A stretch of DNA of 64,000 nucleotides from an uncultured Candidatus Peribacteria bacterium (lineage in GTDB: Bacteria > Patescibacteriota > Gracilibacteria > RBG-16-42-10), in the NCBI GenBank assembly GCA_964514565.1, contig CAZERA010000001.1, forward strand, positions 124,001 to 188,000. The letters are read 5' to 3'. Position numbers and translations under genes: made by a program. The notes below the pieces were generated by a model. It was not told the DNA's origin, ran no database searches, and saw nothing but the letters and a program-made list of their open reading frames with translations. How positions within the stretch are numbered: the first letter of the stretch is position 1; every line of letters begins with the position of its first letter. This document shows positions 21,275-31,106 of this stretch, piece by piece.

Positions 21275-22800
21275 CCGGTGTGGCTACGGTTTGCTACTGC
21301 ATGTGTCATGTATTCTCGAATCACTTGAATTTTTACTTCACCTGAGCGCACTGCATTGCTGGCTTGCACAGCCGTAGCGATCTCTTTTGCAATCGATTGA
21401 GTCTGGGTGTCGTCAGTAGTATTGGCATCTACAAAAGCTCTTACTTCTCGTCCAGCTTGGATTACAAATGCTTTTTCTACGCCTTTTTGACTGAGAGCTG
21501 CTTCTTCCAGTGCTTTCATACGACCGACATAATCTTCCAATGATTCATGATGACGAGCTCCAGGTCTAGCAGCAGAGATAGCATCAGCGAGCTGCACTAC
21601 ACGGGCCTCAATACTACGATATGGCTCAGCTTCATGATGAGCATAAATTGAGTGTACTATGTCTGGATGTAAGTGAAAGTTTAGTGCCAGATCACGACCA
21701 ATTGCATCATGAGCGCCAGCAATATCAGCATCCACACCTTTACCAATGTCATGCAGTAAACCACCGACAATACAAATGTACGGATCACAGCCTATTTCTT
21801 CTGCAATCATCCGACCAAGTACTGCTACTTCAATTGAGTGACGATAAATGTTTTGGCCAAAACTGGTGCGATAATCTAGACGACCTACTAATTTGACTAA
21901 TTCCGGTGGAAAGTCAGTGATACCTAAATATTTGCAAGCTTTGAGCCCGATTTTCATCATTCGGTCTTCCGTATACTTTTGGGTGTCAGTGATCGCTACG
22001 TCCAAAAGGAGATTGGGATTTTTCTTCATTCGTTCTAATGCCCCCTTAATGATATACCGGCGCCACAAATCATAACCAAAAATACGTACCCGTTTTTCTA
22101 CTAGCTCCATTTTTAGCTCGGCTCCTAAGCTAGTCTGGAGGTGAATAATCTTACTCATTTGCTCATCACCAACTATGCGTAAAAACTCTGGATCAGAAAA
22201 TTCAATTTCAATCAAAGTAGGATCTCGGGTGCTTTCTCCTGAGTAGCGTTGATTGATTACATTCATGATTGCTTTGGCATGGTCTTCAATCTTCTGTTCG
22301 TAGTGATACAGCTTTTTCTCCCAGCGTTTAGTTTGATTCTCTAGCTCACACTCCAAGGTGTCCTCCATAATCATGGCTAGGCCCGCTGTAGTATTGATTT
22401 TCGCCATATTCTCTAGACTTTCGAGTTGTTTACTAATGATCGATTGGTATTGCTTTCGCAGTTCGCTAAAGTGATCTTTTTTTTCATTGAGTAATCCTTG
22501 TTTTTCTGTAAATGCTTTGTCTTCGTGCTCTAGACTATTGATGCGTTCATTTAAATGTTCTGTGGTAGTGCTCAAAAATACTTGGTCATGCTCAATCTGA
22601 GTGGCCAAAAGTTCTTGACGTCTTTCGATATCATTTTTCGCACGTGCTAAAATATTCTCAGCACGTAACTCAGCTTGTTTTTTGAGGAGTTTGGCAGTTT
22701 GATTTGCCTCTGCTTGTTTGCGTGAGTTTTTGATTTTCTTGAGGCTCATGAAAGCCACTATGCCAATCAATAAACCAATAATACCTACTAGGTAATTCAT
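21256..22800 (-). CDS. rny: Ribonuclease Y-like HD-domain protein
   Basis: N-terminal TM and coiled coil, RTSFGQN, LLHDIGK, ADAISAARPGAR, IQAGREVR. Confidence 0.9.
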   Translation of the reverse strand: MNYLVGIIGLLIGIVAFMSLKKIKNSRKQAEANQTAKLLKKQAELRAENILARAKNDIERRQELLATQIEHDQVFLSTTTEHLNERINSLEHEDKAFTEKQGLLNEKKDHFSELRKQYQSIISKQLESLENMAKINTTAGLAMIMEDTLECELENQTKRWEKKLYHYEQKIEDHAKAIMNVINQRYSGESTRDPTLIEIEFSDPEFLRIVGDEQMSKIIHLQTSLGAELKMELVEKRVRIFGYDLWRRYIIKGALERMKKNPNLLLDVAITDTQKYTEDRMMKIGLKACKYLGITDFPPELVKLVGRLDYRTSFGQNIYRHSIEVAVLGRMIAEEIGCDPYICIVGGLLHDIGKGVDADIAGAHDAIGRDLALNFHLHPDIVHSIYAHHEAEPYRSIEARVVQLADAISAARPGARHHESLEDYVGRMKALEEAALSQKGVEKAFVIQAGREVRAFVDANTTDDTQTQSIAKEIATAVQASNAVRSGEVKIQVIREYMTHAVANRSHTGHRPKR

Positions 22801-22876
22801 CGCCAATAGACTTAGACAGAAGCACTATATAGAACTTCTTTTCTTTCAGCTACTATGGCTATGCTTATTCTTTATT

Positions 22877-23320
22877 ATGCGTGTATTTCGTTGGCTAGCT
22901 TTGCTAGGTATAGTGGCTTTAGTTGGTTATGGTGTCACACACTCTGTATTTATATCAGCCAATGGTTTGCATTGGTATTGGGTAGAGGTAGCAACGACTG
23001 AGCCAATGTGGGAAAGAGGATTGATGGGCAGAGTTTCTATGGCCAGTAATCAAGGCATGCTGTTTATTTTCCCTGACGAAAGAGTTGTATCTTTTTGGAT
23101 GAAAGATACGCTTGTGCCTTTGGATATGATCTTTTTGAACGCCCAAAAACAAGTAGTCAGTATATCAGCCAATACCCAGCCATGCTTAAATCAAGCAGCC
23201 CAAACATGCCCTACCTTTCAAGCGGATCAACCAATTAAATATGTATTGGAGCTTAAGGCTGGGGAGACGAAAGAGAAACAGATTCTTGCTGGGGCACAAG
23301 CATACTGGCTCCTGTACTAG
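22877..23320 (+). CDS. DUF192 family protein
   Basis: GLMGR, GMLFIF, FWMKDTLVPLDMIF, YVLELKAG. Confidence 0.92.
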   Translation: MRVFRWLALLGIVALVGYGVTHSVFISANGLHWYWVEVATTEPMWERGLMGRVSMASNQGMLFIFPDERVVSFWMKDTLVPLDMIFLNAQKQVVSISANTQPCLNQAAQTCPTFQADQPIKYVLELKAGETKEKQILAGAQAYWLLY

Positions 23321-24116
23321 TGAGTGGGAGCTCAGATTTTCGACTATCCTGGACAGGGGTATCAATGAAAAGCTTGGTATTGGTGAGTACCTTGTCTACG
23401 GCAGTGAGCTCAGGACTATTAGCAATGATTTGTTCTGATGCTGAGCTTTGGGGAAGATCGATAGAATCCGCTGAATCATTATTAGTTGTACTACCTCCAC
23501 TACCCAATGCAATATCTTCATTACTGAGACTTTGAAGTGAAATATCTTGCTTCTCAGCCACAATTTTAATTGCTTCTGCTTTTACTTGTCGCAAAGTACG
23601 TACTTGCTCTTGTGAAGCAGCAACAATCTTTTTTTCAATTACTTTCTTTTCTGTGCTATCACTGATGCTTTGAGCGGCGATGATTGCTTGTTTGTTGTTA
23701 TTATCAATTGCTACAACGGTATTGGTATCGATGGTCTTCTGAGTCTCGACTTGCAGCTTCACTTCACGGGCCCGTTTTTCTGCAAATGACAGATAAATTT
23801 CTGCTTTAGCAGAAGGTGTGTCAGCTAGGCGTAGCATAATATTCTCGCCAATCACTTTGATTGGGTAAAGAATATTGTCGGAGGTAATATGATCACTTTG
23901 ATAGGCATACACACTAGTCCAACCTGCTGACACCATCATGAACAAAGCCACGCTCACTGTGGCTAGCTTTGGTAAGAAAGTAGCGAGGAAGCTTTGTTCT
24001 ACACGCATAGCCATAAACTTGTACCACAAACGGATACGCAAGCGTTTACGAGCCCAGAATGAGGGCTTAATGTGCGATAATTCCTTGAAAATGTGTTCGA
24101 GTGATGGCTTGGGCAT
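23253..24116 (-). CDS. Putative membrane anti-sigma factor (DUF5667-like)
   Basis: Directly downstream of the ECF sigma; TM followed by LYPIKVIGENI...FAEKRAREV. Confidence 0.7.
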   Translation of the reverse strand: MPKPSLEHIFKELSHIKPSFWARKRLRIRLWYKFMAMRVEQSFLATFLPKLATVSVALFMMVSAGWTSVYAYQSDHITSDNILYPIKVIGENIMLRLADTPSAKAEIYLSFAEKRAREVKLQVETQKTIDTNTVVAIDNNNKQAIIAAQSISDSTEKKVIEKKIVAASQEQVRTLRQVKAEAIKIVAEKQDISLQSLSNEDIALGSGGSTTNNDSADSIDLPQSSASEQIIANSPELTAVDKVLTNTKLFIDTPVQDSRKSELPLTSTGASMLVPQQESVSLSSPQP

Positions 24117-24636
24117 GAATTGGAGAGAAGGTGCGAGCGATTTCTTGCTTGAGGGTAGTAATTGCGCGATGGAGCATGACCCGGATATTGCCCTCAGTCT
24201 TGTGAAAGAACTGCGCTAATTCTTGATTGGTCATCTCACTAAAAAACTTGAGTTGAATGATTTCTTGTTGGCTTTCGGGAATCTTGCTCATGGCATAGAG
24301 CACAGTTGCTGTGTCATAGCTGATATTGAGATTCTCCACTAGTTTGTCAGGAGAGACCAAGAGATGATCTACATCCTCTATATCTACTAATTCTCTGCGC
24401 GTACGATAGTAATCAATCAAATGATTGCGAGCGATACCATAGATCCAATTTTTGAAATCGGAACGACTGGGATCATAACTATCAAACTTTTCTAACGCTT
24501 TGAGAAAGAGTTCTGACGTCAGGTCAAAGGCCAAATCTTTATTGTGCCCTGAACGGAATAGTACATAGCGATACAACTGATCGAAGTATTGCTCGTAGTA
24601 CTTTGTGAAGATTTGATACTGAGTAGTTGTAACCAC
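24067..24636 (-). CDS. ECF RNA polymerase sigma factor
   Basis: DLTSELFLKA, WIYGIARNHLIDYYR, region 4 EGNIRVMLHRA. Confidence 0.93.
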   Translation of the reverse strand: MVTTTQYQIFTKYYEQYFDQLYRYVLFRSGHNKDLAFDLTSELFLKALEKFDSYDPSRSDFKNWIYGIARNHLIDYYRTRRELVDIEDVDHLLVSPDKLVENLNISYDTATVLYAMSKIPESQQEIIQLKFFSEMTNQELAQFFHKTEGNIRVMLHRAITTLKQEIARTFSPIHAQAITRTHFQGIIAH

Positions 24637-24693
24637 TTGACCAAGACGTTAATAAGTACGGAGATCGATAATAAACGTTACACCATTTCCACC

Positions 24694-25188
24694 CTAGAAG
24701 ACATGATACTCGTGAACTGTCTTGTATTCCACTAATTCTTTATCGCTGAACCATAATGGTACTTCCACAGCAGCATCCTTTGCATCACCTGAAGCGTGCA
24801 CGATGTTGAATACGATTTTACCAGTAATATCTGCTTGGCCATAGCTGACATGACAGAAGTCACCACGAATGGTACCTGGTAATGCTGATTTTGGTTCAGT
24901 GCTGCCTACTAATTTTCTTACTACTTCGATCGCCTCTACACCTTCGAGTACCATAGCGATGACTGGGTTGGTAGAAATTGCGTCAGTGAGCATTTTGCGT
25001 ACTTTTGCGCCACGACGAATTTCAATATCTTCTGTGTAGTGCTTACGAGCAAACTCTTCATTGACATGAGTCATTTTGAGACCGATCATTTTGAGACCAG
25101 CACGTTCGAAACGTTGGATTACTTCACCAATCAGACCTCTTTGGATACCATCTGGTTTAATCAGTACCAAGGTGCGTTGCATCAACAT
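24694..25188 (-). CDS. ndk: Nucleoside diphosphate kinase
   Basis: TLVLIKPDG, PGTIRGDF, NIVHASG. Confidence 0.97.
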   Translation of the reverse strand: MLMQRTLVLIKPDGIQRGLIGEVIQRFERAGLKMIGLKMTHVNEEFARKHYTEDIEIRRGAKVRKMLTDAISTNPVIAMVLEGVEAIEVVRKLVGSTEPKSALPGTIRGDFCHVSYGQADITGKIVFNIVHASGDAKDAAVEVPLWFSDKELVEYKTVHEYHVF

Positions 25189-25286
25189 AAATGCGTATAA
25201 AGTTAAAAAAGCATGACCATACTATCATGAGCTTCTCAAGAATAAAAATAACCTTTATGCTCTAGACAGGATGGCCTTTTGTTGTA

Positions 25287-25315
25287 TTGACAAATTTAGA
25301 CTTTGTTGCTAAACT
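25287..25315 (+). promoter_or_regulatory. Sigma70-type promoter of ORF 25343
   Basis: TTGACA-17 nt-TAAACT with TG extension. Confidence 0.65.
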
Positions 25316-25342
25316 TCCAACCTTCTCTTTTAATAAAATACT

Positions 25343-27157
25343 ATGGATTTGAAGACTAGATTAGTATCTCCTGCATATACTCGTACACCCTCTTCAACCC
25401 GTAACTCATTGTTTGGAGCATTAGCCATTGGTGCTAGTACTCTTTTATCACCAACTAAAGCATTTGCTCAGCCTCAAGTAGCATCTACAGTACATAATTG
25501 TCCTACACGGCTTACTGGTCCCCACAGCTCTAGAGAGTGGCAAGAGAATGGTTTGACATTTTATATGTGTGGTGGAACAACTTCATTCCCCGAAGAGGCT
25601 AGAAGAAACTATTTTTTCAACGCATTTGAAGCTTTTGTTCATGCTAGCACTGACAGTACCGATATTGCTGCACATCAAAGTGCTTTGCCAGAGCTTAATT
25701 TTAATTTGAGGACATCGGCACGTAGAGCGCTTGATTTAAGTCAACTAGCATTACCATTGAGTATTGGCCGCCAGGTGACACCTGAGCAAGTTGCTACTCG
25801 TCATCGTGAGAATGAGATTATTAAGGCTGCCAACATGCAGGCAGTTAACGGATTTTTGAATCGTCTGGTTCCTTCGACTACAGTTCCTAATTCAGCTGAA
25901 AGTAGAGTCGTGGCGCAAAGAGTTCTAGAAGTTCGAAGCTTAGCAATTCAATTGTTGCGAGTGACCGATTCTAATCTTTCTAGTTTGCTGTCTGTTTATC
26001 ATGACTCTTTGTTGCCCATTGCTGATAGTTTGCAAATTTGTGGTGGGACAAGAACAGCTCGAGTAAATGGTGAGGCTTTCACTATTTTGAATACATTTCT
26101 TTGTGCGAGAGCTGGTACTCTTTCATATCGAGACTTTCTGCGTGTAGCTACTGATCCAAATTTAGAATCTGCCCTACCTGGTCAGCATTGGCCATCCACT
26201 TTAGTAAATGGTAGAGGTGATCGAATTAATGCTAACTTTGCCTCTACTTTAGGACTTGTTGTTGATGGTCGTACAGCTAACATGGACTCACTTGTGAGAT
26301 CTATTAATGAGCAATTTTATTTACTACATCTTTACATAAGATTAGTTAATGGGATTGATGAAATTGTTGTCAGGCAAGGTGGTGTCTCAGTAGTAAGTGG
26401 CATTCGACTCACAAATGTTGTTGCAACAACACCTGAAGCGATTGCACGTGTAATTGAACCAGAGAATATGCCATCGGTTGGCACTCCAAATAATCCTAAT
26501 CCTCACCCAACTCCAATCAGTCCTATCGTCCGCCCCAATCCAGGTCAACTCAATGTTGTGGTTAATCCTCCAATCGATACTGCTCAACTTGCTCGTACAC
26601 GTGCTCTTGAAGCTTATCAATCTCGTGTACGCATGTGGCGTATCATTGGTATCAGTGCAGCTGGTGCCGGTGCTGTTACATTAGGCACAGGTTGGGGACT
26701 TAGTGCTGCCAATGCTAGTGAAGCACAAAATGTACCTAATACACCTGAGAATCGTGCTCGCCATGCTGAGATTGAACAAATAAGAGCTGGTGTTTATCAC
26801 ACTCAAGCTGATGTTGATCATGCTAATGCCCGTCTACAAGCTATTCATACTGGATTCTTAGCTTCAGTTACTCCTTATCAAGATACTGCTAGTACATTGC
26901 AAGTAGTTAGTTATGTAGGGCTAGGTGTAATGATTGCTGGCGGTGCTGTAGCAGCATTGGCTCCAGTGTTGGCTGGTTCTCCACCTGCTCAACCAGCTTC
27001 TCCAAGTCTTGTTCCAACTGGTGGACGTCAAGGACCTCATCCTGCTACCACTCCAGGTAGAAGAACTGAGAATGGTGATGGCCAAGATAGTCAATTTGGT
27101 CTTGCTCCACTGGTTACTAACACTACAGTCGGAGTAACCGCAACGGGTACTTTCTAG
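25343..27157 (+). CDS. Orphan secreted protein, lysine-poor, with a C-terminal Gly-rich hydrophobic hairpin and terminal Phe
   Basis: 604-aa ORF with its own promoter and terminator; signal ending AFA|Q; ends GVTATGTF. Confidence 0.75.
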   Translation: MDLKTRLVSPAYTRTPSSTRNSLFGALAIGASTLLSPTKAFAQPQVASTVHNCPTRLTGPHSSREWQENGLTFYMCGGTTSFPEEARRNYFFNAFEAFVHASTDSTDIAAHQSALPELNFNLRTSARRALDLSQLALPLSIGRQVTPEQVATRHRENEIIKAANMQAVNGFLNRLVPSTTVPNSAESRVVAQRVLEVRSLAIQLLRVTDSNLSSLLSVYHDSLLPIADSLQICGGTRTARVNGEAFTILNTFLCARAGTLSYRDFLRVATDPNLESALPGQHWPSTLVNGRGDRINANFASTLGLVVDGRTANMDSLVRSINEQFYLLHLYIRLVNGIDEIVVRQGGVSVVSGIRLTNVVATTPEAIARVIEPENMPSVGTPNNPNPHPTPISPIVRPNPGQLNVVVNPPIDTAQLARTRALEAYQSRVRMWRIIGISAAGAGAVTLGTGWGLSAANASEAQNVPNTPENRARHAEIEQIRAGVYHTQADVDHANARLQAIHTGFLASVTPYQDTASTLQVVSYVGLGVMIAGGAVAALAPVLAGSPPAQPASPSLVPTGGRQGPHPATTPGRRTENGDGQDSQFGLAPLVTNTTVGVTATGTF

Positions 27158-27177
27158 TCTGTTAATCGGTTTTCCCC

Positions 27178-27212
27178 AAAAGCTTCGTACAGGAAATTGT
27201 GCGGAGCTTTTT
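27178..27212. terminator. Bidirectional intrinsic terminator
   Basis: AAAAGCTTCGTACA-ggaaat-TGTGCGGAGCTTTTT between convergent genes. Confidence 0.75.
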
Positions 27213-28699
27213 TATATTTGTTGATTGCGGTAATTAAGCGCTTCTTTGCAGTGCTCGATGCCGACGTACTCGCAGCTTTCCAGATCAGCTATTGTTCGAC
27301 TTACTTTCAGTAATCTCACCCACGCTCTGGGAGATAGATGTAATATTTGTTTCATACTTTGTAGGATAGTTTGGGTGTCTGGATGTATCAAAAGGGAGGG
27401 GAATATATTGTTTAAGGTTAACTTAAGTGCGGCATTAGTTTTCCCTTGGCGTTTTAACTGAATTTCGTGAGCACCAATAATCTTTTGTTGTAATTGTGAT
27501 GAACTTTCAGCGGTATTTTTTTGCCAAAGCTGTTGATATGGAATACGTGGGACATAGCTAAATAAATCGATCCGATCCAAAATTGGTCCTGATAATTTAC
27601 TGAGGTACTTAGCTTTTATTAGGGGACTACATCGACAGTGAATTTCGGGATCACCGCTATACCCGCAGGGACAGGGATTCATGGCTGCAACTAGTTGAAA
27701 ATCAGCTGGAAACCTTGCTTTTGCTTGAGCCCTGGAAATGGTAATCATTTTTTCTTCTAGGGGTTCTCGCATGCTTTCCAGTACGTCTTTTCTAAACTCA
27801 GAAAACTCATCCAAGAAAAGGATGCCTCTATGGGCTAGGGTAATTTCACCTGGGGTCGGTATTGCCCCGCCACCAATAATTGCATTGGCTGAAGATGTGT
27901 GATGCGGGGACCTAAATGGTCGCTGCAAATCAATCTGAGTAATCGATTCGCCACTTATAGATCTGATGCTGGTAGTAGTAATTAGTTCAGCAAAACTTAA
28001 TGGCGGCAGTATGCCAGCCATCGCTTTTGCTAGTAAACTTTTCCCGGTGCCAGGGGGGCCTTGTAACAAAATATTGTGTCCACCAGCTGCGCAAATCAGT
28101 AGTGCTCGCTTTGCTTGAATATTACCTACAATATCTTGAAAGTTGTTATTGTTTGCCGATGTGAGTGTAGTTGGTTGGTATGGAGCGAGTGGATCAATAG
28201 TTGTATTTACTTCTAGTAGGTTGCGAAGTGGGAATATGGTTATTTGTGCTGCTAATAAGCTAGCTTCTAATTGATTTTCTGCCGGTATATATGCTTGGGT
28301 GAATCCTTGGGCTTGAGCTGCTTGTAACAATGCTAAAATACCTGGTACTGATCGTACGGCTCCTTCAAGTCCCAACTCACCCACGAATAAAATTCTTTGA
28401 TTAGGATCCAGTTGGATTTGCTTTGTAGCCTGTAGGATCCCTATCGCCATAGCCAAATCCAAGTGGCTGCCAGATTTACGCATTTGAGCTGGTGCAAGAT
28501 TGATCGCTATACCCTTTTTAGTGAATCTGTAGCCGCTGTTGATGATCCCAAATCGTACCCTTTCTCGTGCTTCTAGTACTGCCATGTCTCCCAATCCGAC
28601 AATAGAAAACTTATTAATCTGATTATGGATTTGCGTCTCCACCGTAATAATAGTGCCCTCCATATTTACAATACAGCCACCATAAATAGTGTTAGACAT
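27212..28699 (-). CDS. comM: ComM/YifB Mg-chelatase-like AAA+ ATPase
   Basis: INLAPA, GPPGTGKS, RPFRSPHH, LFLDEF, AAMNPCPCG. Confidence 0.95.
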   Translation of the reverse strand: MSNTIYGGCIVNMEGTIITVETQIHNQINKFSIVGLGDMAVLEARERVRFGIINSGYRFTKKGIAINLAPAQMRKSGSHLDLAMAIGILQATKQIQLDPNQRILFVGELGLEGAVRSVPGILALLQAAQAQGFTQAYIPAENQLEASLLAAQITIFPLRNLLEVNTTIDPLAPYQPTTLTSANNNNFQDIVGNIQAKRALLICAAGGHNILLQGPPGTGKSLLAKAMAGILPPLSFAELITTTSIRSISGESITQIDLQRPFRSPHHTSSANAIIGGGAIPTPGEITLAHRGILFLDEFSEFRKDVLESMREPLEEKMITISRAQAKARFPADFQLVAAMNPCPCGYSGDPEIHCRCSPLIKAKYLSKLSGPILDRIDLFSYVPRIPYQQLWQKNTAESSSQLQQKIIGAHEIQLKRQGKTNAALKLTLNNIFPSLLIHPDTQTILQSMKQILHLSPRAWVRLLKVSRTIADLESCEYVGIEHCKEALNYRNQQI

Positions 28700-28760
28700 A
28701 AGCAACTAGTTAGTAGTTACTATTATAACTCTTTGATTATGAAAACTTTTTATTGCTTGG

Positions 28761-28892
28761 GAAGTAAAAGTTAAGAAGTAAAAGGTAAAAAGTGAATGGT
28801 CTGTCTTTCCGCAGATGCGGAGTAGCTCGATCCAGGCAGCTGTTACTTTGTTAATAAACTTCTTAACTCGTCCCTTTTACTTCTTACCTCAT
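28761..28892. repeat. Intergenic inverted heptamer-arm element (family A), overlapping the alr stop codon
   Basis: GAAGTAA AAGTTAA GAAGTAA AAGGTAA ... TCCGC-agat-GCGGA ... TTACTTC TTACCTC; 22-bp identity to the 34386 copy. Confidence 0.85.
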
Positions 28893-30032
28893 CAGGCCGT
28901 TATTTTTTCGTGGAATAAAATTTGGCAGTCTAGCTAATAACTCGTAGTTAATTGTGTCCCCAAAAGCCGCTTGTTCTTCCGCTGTAAGTACCGCTCCCTT
29001 ATCTTGACCAATAATAGTAACTATACTTGTTTCATTCGCTGCTGGAATATCAGTGATATCTAAGGTGGTCATATTCATCGCTATTCGCCCTATGATCGGA
29101 GCTTTCTTACCACCCACTAGTGCGCTGGCTTTGTTGCTCCAGGCTCTAGGAAGACCCTCGTAGTAACCGCAGGGGAGGATTGCTATCCTAGTTGGCCGTT
29201 TGGTCGTGAATGATCCGCCATATCCGATTGGTTCCCCAGCATTTAGGTCTGCGATGTGTACGATAGTACTACGAAATTGTAAGGCTCGGCTAAATGGCGA
29301 CGTGGTTATGTTGGGATGTTCTTTATGCCATAGGATCTCCACCTCTGGACTGGGCCACAATCCATAAGTACTAATACCCACTCTCACTATATCAAAGTGG
29401 GCTTCTGGAATTAATAATGCTCCCACAGAAGAGGAAATATGGTTTTCATAAGCAGGATACAGCTGGATGATTCTTTTGAATGTACTAATTTGATGTACGG
29501 TTTGGAGACTTTGAGGATCTTCACTATTTGCTAGATGTGAAAATAAGCCTTGGATTTCAAGGTTGGGGGTCTCTCTCACTCTGTTCATCACATCTGATAA
29601 CTCGTTCTCACTAAAGCCCAAACGGTTTAACCCGGTATTAAGTTTTATATGGATCTTTAAGGATGGATGGGGGGGCGGGAGTGACTGCAGCAAATCTAAT
29701 GCGTCAGTATTTACCAACTCTAGTTCAATATCATGTTGTTGTGCTGCTTGCACTAACTCCTTGGTCCGAAAAGCCCCTGCTACTACTATTCTTTTGGAAA
29801 AGTTATTATTACGTAGTAACAAGGCTTCTTCTACAGCATTGACCACTACACCTGCTACTTCTGGTCTAGTATCAAATGTTTGAGCCACAGCTAGCATGCC
29901 GTGACCGTAGGCATTAGCCTTAATCACTGGAAAAAGCTTGGTCCTAGGTGATATCTGACTACGGAAAAAGACCAAGTTATTGATAATCGCTTGATGGTCT
30001 ATCTCCAACCAATAGGGGTATTGTTCTGCCAT
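28884..30032 (-). CDS. alr: Alanine racemase
   Basis: VIKANAYGHG (PLP lysine), KLNTGLNRLG, IGYGG, TINYELL. Confidence 0.96.
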   Translation of the reverse strand: MAEQYPYWLEIDHQAIINNLVFFRSQISPRTKLFPVIKANAYGHGMLAVAQTFDTRPEVAGVVVNAVEEALLLRNNNFSKRIVVAGAFRTKELVQAAQQHDIELELVNTDALDLLQSLPPPHPSLKIHIKLNTGLNRLGFSENELSDVMNRVRETPNLEIQGLFSHLANSEDPQSLQTVHQISTFKRIIQLYPAYENHISSSVGALLIPEAHFDIVRVGISTYGLWPSPEVEILWHKEHPNITTSPFSRALQFRSTIVHIADLNAGEPIGYGGSFTTKRPTRIAILPCGYYEGLPRAWSNKASALVGGKKAPIIGRIAMNMTTLDITDIPAANETSIVTIIGQDKGAVLTAEEQAAFGDTINYELLARLPNFIPRKNNGLMR

Positions 30033-30048
30033 GGTGTAGCGTGATGAG

Positions 30049-31104
30049 CTATACCGCTAAACTAATATCAATTAGCTTTTGAATCAATTGCTTGGTATCT
30101 ATTCCGGCACTGCCAAATAACTTACACAACATGCCATTGGCTGTGAAGCTAGGTAAAGTATTTACTTCATTGATCAAAATTTGTTCATTGATCAAGAAGA
30201 AATCTATTTTAGCCAGTCCTCGTAAATGCATGATTTTGAAAGCCTTCAGGGCCATGCTTTTTATTTCTGCAGTTGTTTGATGATCTAGTGGTGCAGGGAT
30301 AATTACTTGGGTTTGGTCACTGTGGTATTGAGCTGCGCCATCGTAAAATTCACCTCTGCTTGTCACTTCACCGACGTTGCTGGTCTCCAAATGATTGGTG
30401 CCAATCACGGCACATTCTAGTTCACGGGCATTAGTCAGTCCTTGCTCTACAATAATACGGTCACTGTAGGTACAAGCAAACTCCAATGCATCTTCCAATT
30501 TACCGATGTTACTTACTTTTTTTATGCCAATACTAGATCCAAAGTTGGCTGGTTTCACAAATAGTGGAAATCTCAAATCTTGGGTAATTGTCTCCCTGAC
30601 AGTCAGAATGTCAGTTTGAATCTCTTCTTTGGTGAAGGGCAGAAAGGGAACTTGGGCTAAACGATACGTAGCAAAAAGCTTTTTCATTACTATCTTGTCC
30701 ATTCCCAATGCTGATCCCAGTACACCGCTGCCGACATATGGTACATGGCTGTACTCAAAAATACCTTGTAGCGTGCCATCTTCACCATATGGTCCATGTA
30801 TGAGTGGAAAGAAAAGATCAATCTTTTGGAATACATTCGCTTTTCCTGTTGGCAGGATAAAGACGCCCTTCAAATCCCCACTGGTACTAATAGTACATTT
30901 AGCCAACTCATGCCGACTGAGGTCATGTTTTAAAGTCATTAAAACATGTGGCCCGGCATACATAGTGCCGTCAGTGTCTACTCCGATCTGTAATACATCA
31001 TAGACAGCGTGATTGATGTTCTCAATCACATGCATGGCAGATAAGAGCGAGAGCTGGTGCTCTGCGGTTACTCCGCCGAATATGATAGCTATAACAGGTT
31101 TCAT
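30049..31104 (-). CDS. ddl: D-alanine--D-alanine ligase family protein (several active-site substitutions)
   Basis: FGG..AEH, HGPYGEDG, VKPANFGSSIGI, NEVNTLP; adjacent to alr. Confidence 0.9.
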   Translation of the reverse strand: MKPVIAIIFGGVTAEHQLSLLSAMHVIENINHAVYDVLQIGVDTDGTMYAGPHVLMTLKHDLSRHELAKCTISTSGDLKGVFILPTGKANVFQKIDLFFPLIHGPYGEDGTLQGIFEYSHVPYVGSGVLGSALGMDKIVMKKLFATYRLAQVPFLPFTKEEIQTDILTVRETITQDLRFPLFVKPANFGSSIGIKKVSNIGKLEDALEFACTYSDRIIVEQGLTNARELECAVIGTNHLETSNVGEVTSRGEFYDGAAQYHSDQTQVIIPAPLDHQTTAEIKSMALKAFKIMHLRGLAKIDFFLINEQILINEVNTLPSFTANGMLCKLFGSAGIDTKQLIQKLIDISLAV

Positions 31105-31106
31105 TT

